NCBI RefSeq assembly: GCF_021869535.1
Contig: NW_026262679.1
Span: 27,962,001-28,026,000 of the forward strand
Reading direction: 5' to 3'
DNA length: 64,000 nucleotides
DNA from: Mytilus californianus
Lineage: Eukaryota
In this document: positions 27,601 to 39,782 of the stretch, in pieces
How the letters are laid out: each line of letters opens with the position of its first letter
Numbering within the stretch: the stretch's first letter is position 1
Made by a program: the position numbers and the translations under genes
The notes under the pieces: generated by a model
What the model saw: the letters and a program-made list of their open reading frames with translations, nothing else
Database searches by the model: none
What the model was told of the DNA's origin: nothing

Positions 27601-29769
27601 ATCCCCCCCCCACAAAAAAAAAGAAAAAAGAAAAAATCGGTTGCATATAGTACTAGTAATCACTTTGTCTGTCTCAAGGCCTCAAAAACATGTAAACCCT
27701 CACCTTATTCTGTATGTGGTTGTCTCAGGTCAGTATCCTGTTATTTAGTGATTGTCATAAGTTGCTGTCTGCTATATTTGTTTTCACTTATAGTTATAGT
27801 CATATCATAAATCTAGGCATTTGTTTTCTCATTTGAATTGTTTCACATTTTTTAGCCGCATCCTTCTATAATAGCTAACTATACGGTATGGATTTTGATC
27901 ATTGTTGAAGTTGTACGGCGATCCATAGTTGCTTTCATCCGCGTCCTTGATCTTTAATGGATTGTTGTCTCATTAACGATCATACAACACCTTATTTTAT
28001 AAAGACAACAACAATCACTGAACCAGATACAGTCCGGATAGCTTGACTTGGTACATTTTCAAGCACAAAATATGATGGGGTTAAACCAGTTTAACTTGCG
28101 CACAAGCTCATCTTTACCTATCTAGACTATATGTCGTTAAACTAAAACACACAATAAAAAACCTGTACAGAGCCAGAAAGTATTTAAAATGAAGGAAAAC
28201 CCAATTTAACCGAATTGGTGAGTATATAAACTCAGTTGATTTTGCTATATTTACGAGGTTGTATCCATAATTTCCACTCAACAACCAATGAATTGATTTC
28301 AATGACAGTAAATTATCCTAAAAAGTCTTATATGTAATGCCATTACGCACTACTTGTTTTACGTAGGAGGATCGCGGTGTTTTTAATAGCAAATTGCAAT
28401 ATCTACAAAACAGTTATCATTTTTAATCGTGACTTCTCCGAAAGCAATCACCTATTTAAATTTGTTTCTTAAAAATTGGCAGTTGCAAATAACAGAATAT
28501 TTACTAGAGGACGTATACATCTTGTATATGTATCAGTAATTACTTACTAGTACTTTTGAGCCACTATTTTGTTTATGGAAAACAATTCACAAAACTTTTT
28601 TAATACCTCAGTATGCGTCTTTTCTTGAAAATGTTCTGGTGTTAGAGGATAATTACGTTTTTTTCAGTATACGGTTTCAAACACGAATAAAATTATTACT
28701 TAATTTTGCTTTCATTATTTGAACTCTAAATGCAAAGTTACTCTGTGCTTTGTACTGAATATTGTCACGCATTTTCCTTTGATTTTTGTATTTAAAATTA
28801 TTTCAGTTCCCTTAATTACTGTAACTCCCTCACATGTCAGTATGCTTGTTCCTAACAAAGACCCTCTCAATGCTTACTTCTGTTTCTCCACGTATCCTAT
28901 CCATTTAGAATTTGGTGTTGGTCACATATTTTTGTAGTTTTTGTTGAATTCATTCATTTTTCTAGATTTGATGAAGAACACGGTATCTTTCATTCCACTC
29001 TTTGTTGACACTCTTGTGATATCAGTTTTGGAGTCGTGTCGTTTTGTTTTATTTCTACCGTTCGTAATCTTGTCTATCCTCTGTCTTGAAAAGGTCACAA
29101 TCGGTTATGTTATAGGGTTGGAAAAATCTCGTGTACTGATTATTTAAGAATTTGGTAATATCTTAAGGTTTACCAATATACGTTGATATGAAGTCTTATG
29201 AATGACTATTTATCTCCAAATTTTGACATAAGCAAATAGACAGGTGTCAGAAGTACCTAATTAAGGACAATTCATTGTTGAAATCTTTACGGGTTTTGAT
29301 TGGATTCTGTGAATTTTTTTCGGGACTGTCGTTTGTCATATTTCTTTTTTCTTTCTGCAATAGTGTTGCCTGGCTTTCTTCGACTTATACTCTCTTGATA
29401 TATATTCTCCTCATTTTAGCTGTGTAAGACATTGAAGTTAAACATCACATGCCATTATCAGTTTGTTCGCGAGTGGATCTGAAAAATGATCGAAACATTT
29501 TGATTGCCACTGAAAAGCAAGGACGTACACAAATACATGTAATAAATAAATCAATTGATTATTGGATTGTCAACCAGCCAGGTGCTGCTTCCTTGCAATA
29601 ACTACGTTCTATCTTACGTAAATAGAGCGATTCGGTTTAATCCTATAATCCTACATAAACGTTGTATGTTATAATTTGAATAAGGTTCTTCATAAATTGA
29701 GAAATAACATTCTGGTTTTGACAATGAGCTGTAGAACTTCCAGAAAACAGGGCTATGTAAAATCAAATG

Positions 29770-30075
29770 CAAAAAATACATTGTATAAAATAAGGAGATG
29801 TGGCATGAATGCAATGGGACACCAGAGACCAAATGAAGTACATGTTAGCTACTTTAGATCTTCGTGCGACCTTCAACAATGAGCAAAACCCATACCGCAT
29901 AGCAAGCTATAAAAGGGTCCGACATGACAAAATGTAAAACAATTCAAATGAGAAAACCAGTGGACTGAATTATGTAAAAAACATCAAACTCAAAAATACA
30001 ATAAACAGCAACAAACGACAACCAGAGAGTTGCAGGCTTTCGACTTTGGATAGGCACATACGGAATGACAAGGTA
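29770..30075 (-). mobile_element. Family-B repeat copy (partial)
   Basis: Shares the cttcaacaatgagcaaaacccatacc...aaaacaattcaaatgagaaaac motifs with 37138-37560. Other partial copies lie at about 1430-1545, 7440-7575, 27820-27995, 35360-35590 and 61130-61330. Confidence 0.6.
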
Positions 30076-30929
30076 AAACATGTTTGATATTGGTTCATTA
30101 TCTACTGCAAGCATAAATGGGATTTTTTTCAAACTGAACCACGTTTAATTAATTCATTTTTTGACAAATATTTAAATATTCGATAGGGACAATTTAAATG
30201 TGAAGATAACATCATTAATGTTTTAAAGTTGCTACAATAAAATTATATAAGGACGCTTCCTTATACAGCGGTACAAACCAAACATCATTAACAAAATCGA
30301 AAAAAGGAAAATAGCATTTCAATGAGCTACGCTTTTCGTGTAAAAAAGGAACCACAATTATGAATTAACATGTAAAAGAAGTCTGTAATAATCAAGAAGA
30401 TTTACTAGGCTGTGCAAAGCGGGAGTGGTTACAGGGGCAATTCATAACACTTGGCATTAATGTCATTCTGTACTGAGTATCTTGCGATTAAGTATACAAC
30501 GTAAACCATCTCTAAAAAACACAATTACTTCATAAGTCAAGTCAAAACTTCTAGTATTGATAGGAAGATTGAAAAAATATAGTCTAAATTGAAAACAACG
30601 TTCAAACCTATGATTGAGTTGGATAAAAACCGCAATTTTTATACGTGTGCATGCAAAACAAATTTCTTGTTAGAGGGGTCTAAAAACAGCACAAACAACA
30701 TTTTCCAAAAGACCAAAAAAGTGAAAAAGTATATTTTAACAAAACCTATTTGACTAACAGGTCGAACAACAAATGTTCTTAAACCCTGCTGACTGCCATT
30801 GGCGATTGCCAAATAAACGGATCAACGATGTAATAAATGGATCTTAATTATAAATCTAATACTAAACAGAAAACAATAAACTTGCGGAAAAGATGGTATA
30901 CCGCAAACAAAAGGTGCAAAGGTTTTTGT

Positions 30930-30973
30930 ACACCATATCCGGATTTCGACAATTAATGTCTCTTCAGTGATGT
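30930..30973 (-). ncRNA. Type I hammerhead ribozyme, copy 1 (intact)
   Basis: Minus strand reads acauca-CUGAAGA-gaca(uuaau)uguc-GAAA-uccggaUA/uggugu. Stem I is 6 bp (one G-U), stem II is 4 bp, stem III is the palindrome AUCCGGAU, the cleavage triplet is AUA, and the predicted cut is between 30936 and 30935. Confidence 0.85.
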
Positions 30974-31473
30974 TAGGAATCGAAACGGTATTTGGAAAGC
31001 CATACAATTTACCTCAATTTAGGATAGACTCTTGAATTTTGAGGAGTCAAAATAGGATGAACGGATCATATAAACCCGAAGGCAAATATAATACAAGCCC
31101 AAACGAAAAAATATAAACAAGTCTAAATTGAAAACAACGTTCAAACCTAAAGTATGATTGCGTTGGATAAAAACCGCAATTTTTATACGTGTGCATGCAA
31201 AACAAATTTCTTGTTAGAGGGGTCTAAAAACAGCACAAACAACATTTTCCAAAAGACCAAAAAAGTGAACAAGTATATTTTAACAAAACGCATTTGACTA
31301 ACAGGTCGAACAACAAATGTTCTTAAACCCTGCTGACTGCCATTGGCGATTGCCAAATAAACGGATCACCGATGTAATAAATGGATCTTAATTATAAATT
31401 TAATACTAAACAGAAAACAATAAACTTGCGGAAAAGATGGTATACCGCAAACAAAAGGTGCAAAGGTTTTTGT

Positions 31474-31517
31474 ACACCATATCCGAATTTCGATAATTAA
31501 TGTCTCTTCAGTGATGT
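31474..31517 (-). ncRNA. Type I hammerhead ribozyme, copy 2 (two stem substitutions)
   Basis: The core is intact, but stem II has a C.A mismatch (gaca/uauc) and stem III reads AUUCGGAU, losing the perfect palindrome. Confidence 0.7.
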
Positions 31518-32017
31518 TAGGAATCGAAACGGTACTTGGAAAGCCATACAATTTACCTCAATTTAGGATAGACTCTTGAATTTTGAGGAGTCAAAATAGG
31601 ATGAACGGATCATATAAACCCGAAGGCAAATATAATACAAGCCCAAACGAAAAAATATAAACAAGTCTAAATTGAAAACAACGTTCAAACATAAAGTATG
31701 ATTGCGTTGGATAAAAACCGCAATTTTTATACGTGTGCATGCAAAACAAATTTCTTGTTAGAGGGGTCTAAAAACAGCACAAACAACATTTTCCAAAAGA
31801 CCAAAAAAGTGAACAAGTATATTTTAACAAAACGCATTTGACTAACAGGTCGAACAACAAATGTTCTTAAACCCTGCTGACTGCCATTGGCGATTGCCAA
31901 ATAAACGGATCACCGATGTAATAAATGGATCTTAATTATAAATTTAATACTAAACAGAAAACAATAAACTTGCGGAAAAGATGGTATACCGCAAACAAAA
32001 GGTGCAAAGGTTTTTGT

Positions 32018-32061
32018 ACACCATATCCGGATTTCGACAATTAATGTCTCTTCAGTGATGT
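32018..32061 (-). ncRNA. Type I hammerhead ribozyme, copy 3 (intact)
   Basis: Identical to copy 1; predicted cut between 32024 and 32023. Confidence 0.85.
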
Positions 32062-32556
32062 TAGGAATCGAAACGGTATTTGGAAAGCCATACAATTTAC
32101 CTCAATTTAGGATAGACTCTTGAATTTTGAGGAGTCAAAATAGGATGAACGGATCATATAAACCCGAAGGCAAATATAATACAAGCCCAAACGAAAAAAT
32201 ATAAACAAGTCTAAATTAAAAACAACTTTCAAACCTATGATTGCGTTGGATACAAACCGCAATTTTTATACGTGTGAATGCAAAACAAATTTCTTGTTAG
32301 AGGGGTCTAAAAACAGCACAAACAACATTTTCCAAAAGAACAAAAAAGTGAAAAAGTATATTTTAACAAAACGCATTTGACTAACAGGTCGAACAACAAA
32401 TGTTCTTAAACCCTGCTGACTGTCATTGGCGATTGCCAAATAAACGGATCACCGATGTAATAAATGGATCTTAATTATAAATTTAATACTAAACAGAAAA
32501 CAATAAACTTGTGGAAAAGATGGTATACCGCAAACAAAAGGTGCAAAGGTTTTTGT

Positions 32557-32600
32557 ACACCATATCCGGATTTCGACAATTAATGTCTCTTCAGTGATGT
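32557..32600 (-). ncRNA. Type I hammerhead ribozyme, copy 4 (intact)
   Basis: Identical to copy 1; predicted cut between 32563 and 32562. Confidence 0.85.
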
Positions 32601-32833
32601 TAGGAATCGAAACGGTATTTGGAAAGCTATATATATATATATATATATATTTCTCAATCTACCTTTATTTTATGGAACTCAAAAACTTACAAAATAGACT
32701 TTAATTGGTTAATTGTAAAAGTTAGATTTTTCTGTAATAATCTCACTTCCTAAAAAAAAAAAATAGAAGAAATAATCAAAGAGCTATTTTTAGTGTCTAG
32801 ATTTTGCTAGTTTTCCTGCTTGAAAGTTTGAGG

Positions 32834-33099
32834 TCAAAGTGTTGGCCATCTTATATGACGCTTTCTACTCATCATTGTGGTTTTTCTCAGAGAATACAAT
32901 TTGTGGAACGTTTTCCATACTAGTCCTCCCGTCACATCAGTATTTGATCCATTCTGGTAATACCTATCATTCAAGTTACCGTCAGAACACGCGTCATGCC
33001 ACCATGCTCCCCAGTAGAAGCCACAATTTGCTGCCCAATTATCATTATATTGGTCTTTTGATGTAAAAGGATAGCCATTGCTACCTCCAAAACTGTCAC
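32834..33099 (-). pseudogene. PAN-FReD gene: last exon (fibrinogen C-terminal domain end)
   Basis: Acceptor aaacAG at 33101-33100, phase 1. Translation: GDSFGGSNGYPFTSKDQYNDNWAANCGFYWGAWWHDACSDGNLNDRYY...GLVWKTFHKLYSLRKTTMMSRK...PTL*, with TGA at 32836-32834. Not in the ORF track. Confidence 0.88.
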
Positions 33100-33455
33100 C
33101 TGTTTATTATAAATTATGTTTAATACTGTCATCTAATAAATGACAAGAAATCCACACCTACGAATTACAATGGCTAAACGCGAAACATTTTATGGATAGA
33201 AAACAATATTCAATGTAATATTTGATATCTCATTATACTTGGAATTCTGTTATGTACCATGTAATTTTGAGTTAAACGTTTTCTCGATATTTGCTTGGTG
33301 ACATGTATATTTTTTTATATTTGTCTCATTGAAAATCATGATATCACATCTCCTTATGTTTTTCTACTAAAATAAATGGGGACTGGTTAATGTTAATATT
33401 AACACGAAACTTGATACAAACCAGAATCCCCTGTCCTCGGATCCAACAATCTTAC

Positions 33456-33551
33456 CGTATTTGGCATATCTGCGTTGATTCTCAAAATCCTCCAAATCTA
33501 TTCTTAGTTCATAGTCGGCTTGACTTGTTAATAAATGTAAAAATTTATTTC
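33456..33551 (-). pseudogene. PAN-FReD gene: exon GNKFLHLLTSQADYELRIDLEDFENQRRYAKY
   Basis: Acceptor ttgcAG at 33553-33552, phase 1, with the classic FReD motif. A phase-1 GTAAGA donor follows 33456, but decayed FReD-like codons (IVGSEDRGF) continue past it, so the true 3' boundary is uncertain. Confidence 0.8.
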
Positions 33552-34424
33552 CTGCAAACATAGTTATAGACTACAATTTACTTTGTTAATCGAAAATGAA
33601 ACAATAGTATTAGTCCTCCGCCACATGCTTATGTCAAAAGACTAGAAATCTGGTTGGGAATGTCAAGTTATCCTTGAAGTTATGTCTATTATAAGACATT
33701 TTGCTGTTTATGTCAGATCCTCCATAGTATCTACATAAAACTCTAATCGAGTAGGACGATTCAGATGTACCATAGTAGGACGGGCACTTTTATATCGTAC
33801 ATGATGTAGATGTCTTTCTATGGTTTACATTAATTGTCTGGTGGTAACTCATTGGCGCTTATTTCATGCCTTTTTTATAACATTTATATTTTCACTATAA
33901 GTATAAGCCATATTTCAATGAATTAAAAAAAACAAAAAACACTTACAAGCGACATAATAATATGTTATACATGTGGAGCAGGATCTGCATTATCCTTCCA
34001 GAGTACATGAGATCACCCACGGTTTTTGATGGGGTTATTGTTGATCAGTCTTTATTTTTCTTTGTTTTTATTTTGTATATTGTTGTTTGTCTTTTGATGT
34101 TTTTTTTTTTTTTTATTTGCCACGGGATTGTCAGTTTGTTTTCGACGTCTGACTTTGAATACCCCCCCCCCCCCCTTGGTATATGTCACCTCTCTGTTAT
34201 ACTGAAGAAGTTAATAAGAATATAACTTATACTTAATGGAATGGAAGTTGTCTCTCTTCCTACAGTTAATCGGGTAATACAGTCTAAACATTACGGACGT
34301 GAGATATCATGATTTCTCCAGTATATTTTGTCCTATACTTTATCATTTTAAACTCATTTGTCTTTGAATTGAAAACAAAGTCATTGCCTTACATGGTCCA
34401 ATTTTCCCAAAAAATAGATCTTAC

Positions 34425-34522
34425 CCAACCAGAATTCAGTGTTGATATATCCAAAGCCATCTTCATACTCAATCAAAGAGCGATCAAAACTAACAACTCC
34501 TGATTCCCGTTTTTTGTATCAT
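34425..34522 (-). pseudogene. PAN-FReD gene: exon MIQK/RESGVVSFDRSLIEYEDGFGYINTEFWLG with a +1 frameshift
   Basis: Acceptor ctAG at 34524-34523 and donor GTAAG at 34424. The exon is 98 bp where phase 0 to phase 1 requires 3n+1 (97). The extra A lies in an A6 run at 34510-34515. Confidence 0.85.
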
Positions 34523-34601
34523 CTAGAAACGAATAACATGTTAATACAGTTACTAAGTGTTGTTTATGTCTCTACATGCTGTACACATGTTGTTTCAAGT
34601 C

Positions 34602-35017
34602 TGGTTTATTTAACGTATATACATGTATATGGTTCATGGTTTATATAACGTATATACATGTATATGGTTCATGGTTTATATAACGTATATACATGTATAT
34701 GGTTCATGGTTTATATAACGTATATACATGTATATGGTTCATGGTTTATATAACGTATGTACATGTATATGGTTCATGGTTTATATAACGTATATACATG
34801 TATACGGTTCATGATTTATATAACGTATATACATGTATATGGTTCATGGTGTATATAACGTATATACATGTATATGGTTCATGGTTTATATAACGTATAT
34901 ACATGTATACGGTTCATGGTTTATATAACGTATATACATGTTTATGGTTCATGGTTTATATAACGTATATACATGTATACGGTTCATGGTTTATATACGT
35001 ATACATGTATATGGTTC
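34602..35017. repeat. 35-bp AT-rich minisatellite, about 12 copies (FReD intron)
   Basis: Unit gtatatacatgtatatggttcatggtttatataac; acatgtatat recurs at 34621, 34656 and onward. Confidence 0.95.
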
Positions 35018-35649
35018 AACAGTCTGGAGATATCAAAGGTAGAGGCAAACAAGAGATATAATGGACAATGGCTTAAAATCTAAATCAGATTTAAACAATG
35101 TTTATAGAGGAAATAAATCACATTTTGTTTTTCATTTTTTGTTACAAAAAATTAAACCAACAGAAAAACGAAAAAAAAATAGACTACTGAAAACAAAGAA
35201 TCCCACATACATCTTTGGAATCTAAATACTCTAAAAGAAAAACATAGTAAACCAATGCAAGAAGGCGGTCGTGAATTTTGAATTTAAGTGATGAATAAAA
35301 AAAAAATCTTCAGCGGTTTGAATAACTTCCGTATCGCTGTTTTGTCCAAAGAATGTGTATGTAAGCAACTATAGGTCATCGCAGGATATTAAACAATGAG
35401 CAAAACCCATACCTTATAATCAGCTATAAAAGTCCTCACAATGACCATCGTGAACAAATTCAAACAAGTAAACTAACGGCCTGATTTATAACAAATAAAC
35501 GAAAAACAAAACATGACAGACATCAACAAACAACAACAACTGAATTGCAAGCTCCTCACTTGTGACAGGCACTTAAAGAATATGACTGGTTAAAGCATTC
35601 TTCTTTCTTCTTACTCTGCCTATATTAACATCAGACTGCGTTAACATAC

Positions 35650-35760
35650 CGTCCACCCACCTTTATCTGTTTGTAGATCACACCACGCATCAAACCCTGT
35701 ACAACCTTCTCCAAATATTGTATAAACTCCATTACTGTACTCTTTTAGTGATGTACAGTC
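35650..35760 (-). pseudogene. PAN-FReD gene: first FReD exon
   Basis: DCTSLKEYSNGVYTIFGEGCTGFDAWCDLQTDKGGWT followed by a phase-0 GTATGT donor at 35649. The acceptor position is unresolved (about 35765-35800). Confidence 0.85.
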
Positions 35761-36205
35761 AAACTTTGAAACATCAGCAGATGTAAGAAAAAACACTAAG
35801 AATTGTTTCAATCTTTGAATGCTACATATATTAAAATCGGACCAACCCGTAAAGTGTTTAACACCGCGTCAAGGAGATATGCATACACATATCAACACAT
35901 AATAGCATTTTAGCAAATATACAAAGAATTTGCACTAGCAACTGTAATTCCCAAACAACAATATGTTTACTTCATCATTTACCGTCTTGAAGAGAACTAA
36001 AATCGTACTGACGATTTACGATTTAAGTAGATTTTAGTACTCCAGAACGATTTTAGTACCCAGGACGATTTTAGTGTTCTATAAATTGTCTCCAAATAAT
36101 TTCAATTCTCCCCTTTTAGTAATTCTCAAATAAAATAACTTTAAATAACAATAAGACTTGTCACTAACCAGAAACTTTTATCAGAGCCATCAAGTTGGTA
36201 CTTAC

Positions 36206-36371
36206 AATTCGACATATACTCATAACTGAATCAAAATTTGCACCAACACAATTGTTGTCTGCGCCACACATAGCTGCACATTCATTGACCGTTATTCCAC
36301 CAACGTTATTGTATACCTCGCCGTATATTGTCACTCCTTTTGTAATTGTGTAAACATTTTGGGAGCAAGTA
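36206..36371 (-). pseudogene. PAN-FReD gene: PAN/apple-domain exon, portion 3' of the transposon
   Basis: CSQNVYTITKGVTIYGEVYNNVGGITVNECAAMCGADNNCVGANFDSVMSICRI has the PAN-type C-x3-C-x5-C...C spacing. Donor is GTAAGT at 36205 or GTTAGT at 36168. Confidence 0.75.
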
Positions 36372-37128
36372 CACTGTGTCTAAACTACCCCGGCAAAAAA
36401 TGTTTGGACTCGATAGTATCTAATGTCCGGTACGGTGACGGACAATCAACAGACAGAGAAAAGGTAGAATTTGTGTTTATTAATTTGTTTTTTAATGACA
36501 TTTAAGAATAAACATACACATATAACTATTTTCGATTGTGTGATGTTATATTTTCTACAACCGTTCTAGATTAATGGAGAAATAAGTAAAAAGGCACATG
36601 AAAATGGTGAATTGAGTGAACCTTGCTACGAATTTGTTTAATTTCTTTTTAAATTGTGCACATTGTACGGAAAGAAAAGTACTGAAAGAAAGATATTAAC
36701 ACAGATATTGCATGGCTAGTCACTACGAGCTCCTCAATATTTGCATTTCTGTGCATGGAACGAAAGAAATGGGTCATGTCAAAATGGAAGGACCCTGTTT
36801 CGTCAATGTTGTTTATTACATAAGGACCCGGTTTTGTCTCAGTATAGGACCCAGTTTTGTTTTGTTTTGAAACCACATATTTATGAAAAGCTACGTTAAC
36901 ACGGATCTGAACATTGCCCATCGGAAGAAATTAAATATGTGAGTCAAAAAGATGTTATAAAGATGTTATTGCAATACAAACATGTCGTGTTAAAATATAT
37001 TTCAAACGGGAACTTTTCGAAATAGGGAGTAGACATTTTTGAATGCTATACGTATACCTTATTGAACTTATCTTCGAACTAAGTTTAAATGAAAATAAAT
37101 ACTTTATAGCATGTACTTACATTAATTC

Positions 37129-37561
37129 CTTATGATATAAAAAAGAAGATGTGGTGTGATTGCCAATGAGACAACTCTTCACAAGAGACCAAATGACACA
37201 GAAATTAACAACTGTAGGTCACCGTAAGGCCTTCAACAATGAGCAAAGCCCATACCGTATAAGTCAGCTATAAAAGGCCCCGAAATGACAAATGTAAAAC
37301 AATTCAAATGAGGAAACTAACGGCCTAATTTATGAAGAAAAAAATGAACGAAAAACAAATATGTAACACAGCAACAAACGACAACCACTGAATTACAGGC
37401 TCCTGACTTGGGACAGGTACATATATACGGAATGTGGCGGGGTTAAACATGTTAGCGGGATCCCAACCCTCCCCCTACCATGGGAAATTGGTGTAACAGT
37501 ACAGTATAACGAACGAACTATAAAAATCAGTTGAAAAAGGCTTAACTCATCAGATGGATTA
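37129..37561 (-). mobile_element. Retroposed repeat (family B) with an 11-bp TSD, nested in the TIR element
   Basis: TSD tacattaattc at 37118-37128 and 37562-37572. The body (aagaagatgtggtgtgattgccaatgagacaact...ctgacttgggacagg...cggggttaaacatg) is a family that recurs many times in this window. Confidence 0.75.
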
Positions 37562-37744
37562 TACATTAATTCTAACGCTTGGTTTAAAAATTTTAACAAA
37601 TATAATGCCTACCTATGTTAAAATGAGCGTTGAGCATGGCATGAAAGAATTATTTCTTTTTATAAATAAAATTTGGTTTGCAACATTATAACGTCCAATA
37701 TCTTCGTCTTCGTCTTCGTCTTCGTAGAACAACCTAAGTGGCAG

Positions 37745-38185
37745 TTTAGACCGTGAAAAATGACAATGTGACAGCTTTCCATCAAAGACCAAATGACGTA
37801 AAAGTTAACAAATATAGAACACCGTATGGCATCCAACAATGAGAAACGCCCATACGGCATATATAGCAAGCTAAAAAAAAGGCCCAAAAATGAAAACTGT
37901 AAATAAAACTAATGTGAAAACTAACGACCTGATTTATGTACAAAATAAAAAACGAAAAACAAATACATGTATAATATACAGCAACAAAAGACAACCACCG
38001 TTTTACAGGCTCCTGGATTCGGTACTGGCACATACAGAATGGCGGGGTTGAACGTGTAAGCGCTCCCTCCCAATCCCCCCTCTCCAAAAAAAAAAAAAAA
38101 AAAAACAAGAAAAAACTGGGATAACAGCACAACATATGAACAAACTATAAAATTCAGTGAGTTGAAAAAGGCTTAACTCATTTGA
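37745..38185 (-). mobile_element. Second family-B repeat copy inside the TIR element
   Basis: Diverged copy of 37138-37560 carrying the same landmark motifs. Confidence 0.65.
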
Positions 38186-39782
38186 TTACAGAGCCCCTAT
38201 AGTAAATATGCGATTGGCGGCTGTCTCTGTTTTTTCGTCTTTTATTAAATTTTATGATGGTATACGATATAGTTACATTATATCAGTGGCGGATCCAGGG
38301 GGTAGAGGGAGTACGCCGACCCCCTCCCCCCCTTTTTGGTGGCTAGATATAGTTATTTTATTATGTTTTTTTACGATTTATATATGATTTTTTATTTAAC
38401 ATTAAATCGTAAAAAATAAGTTCCTATTGCTACGCCTGGCGGTATAAAATCCGTTTATGAATACGCCCCTTTCAAAAATCATGGCCTCGGTCCGCCCTTG
38501 CATATTGACAATTTTAAACTTGACCAACGTGCTTAAATTGTAGAACATTTGTCAATGTACGATAATCATTATACAATGAAGAGATAAACCTATATATAAT
38601 AGTTGTACTTGTTAACAATTAACTTGATACTAGTGCATTAATGAATTTGTAAATGTTAAAAAAGAGAAGAAATAAATAAGAGATAAAACATCGTTTATTT
38701 ATAAAATTACTAATCAAATAATCATCATTGCAATTTCCGGATGGCCTAAGACTATTATACTAATTTATACTTAGTATTATTTTAACAAGGAGGGGTAAAC
38801 AGATTTTTTAACGCACTATTATTGTGATCCTTTGCACCGCATGGAAATTCCCTTTCTTGGGCGATTCTGCATGCATATACATTTGTCTTTTTCTCTTGCT
38901 ATATAATGAACGTTTAGTTTTAAAATATTTATTTTCAAACGATCATACAATCTCCCCCTTTAAGTAGAGCGGAACTTTAAGATAATCACATATCAAATGT
39001 GCGTCCTTAAATTTTCAAGGCCGTACACTATTTAAGTTTGAACACTTAAATTTACATAGTTGATATAAAAAAATCCAATTGCGTTACAAAACCTTCGTTT
39101 CTTTTTAATTTTTCCTTTTGTTTTATACAAAACATTATTGAAATTTGCTTTCTTCTAAAATAGCAGGAATTCAAGTCTGTACGGATTCAAAAAGGTTATA
39201 AGTTATCCTCTGAAAGAAAATGTTTTTCAACGATCACTCAAACTGCTGTTGAACGCCATATTTTAATTTTCGTCATGCGATTATGCATTATTTTCTATGA
39301 CAAAACCGGGTCTGCTTTGTTAAATTTAAGGACAAAACCGGTTTGTACACATTGACAAAACCGGGTGCTTCAATTTTGACATGACCCACTTCTTTCATTC
39401 CATGCACAGACATGCAAATATTGAGGTGATCATAGTGACAAGTCTTGAAATCTCCGTGTTAATATCTTTCTTTCCGTACCTTTCTTTCCGTACAGTGTGC
39501 ACAATTTAAAGAGAAATTAAACAAATTCGAGGCAGGGTTCACTCAATTCACCATTTTGATGTGCCTTTTTACTTATTTCTCCATTAATCTAGAACGGTGG
39601 TAGAAAATATTACATCACACTATCGAAAATAGTTATATGTGTATGTATATTCTTCAATATAATTAAAACATCATATAAACAGAATTTCTACCTTTCTCTG
39701 TCTGTTGATTGTCCGTCACCGTACCGGCCATTAGATACTATTGAGTCCAAACATTTTTCGCCGGGGTAGTTTAGACACAGTG

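Larger units (their letters stand above)
30581..32627 (-). repeat. Tandem array of 539-544-bp units (about 3.8 copies), each with a hammerhead ribozyme (retrozyme-like)
   Basis: Unit starts (agtctaaatt) at 30581, 31120, 31664 and 32208; the units are near-identical. The array ends in (TA)n at 32628-32650. Confidence 0.95.
36372..39782. mobile_element. Non-autonomous TIR transposon, Transib/RAG-like signature (CAC...GTG termini, 5-bp TSD, about 470-bp TIRs)
   Basis: TSD AAGTA at 36367-36371 and 39783-39787. Both ends read CACTGTGTCTAAACTACCCCGG inward, and the first 90 bp match at 87/90. The inverted homology extends over about 36372-36838 and 39299-39782. No transposase ORF is visible. Confidence 0.8.

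Noticed and set aside
30250-30560. Possible Penelope GIY-YIG/zinc-finger remnant next to the ribozyme array (CPCNHSR on the minus strand)
   Set aside because: The similarity is too short and interrupted by stops to support without a profile search.
30822-32095. Three 61-aa ORFs (MYGFPNTVSIPNITEE...)
   Set aside because: They are repeats of one short frame overlapping the ribozyme, with no recognisable domain; treated as incidental.
36649-36921. 90-aa ORF as a transposase remnant
   Set aside because: It lies within the left TIR and shows no DDE or RAG1-like motif.
37547-37553. Minus-strand CTGATGA at the end of family-B repeats as a hammerhead core
   Set aside because: No correctly placed GAAA or closing helices.
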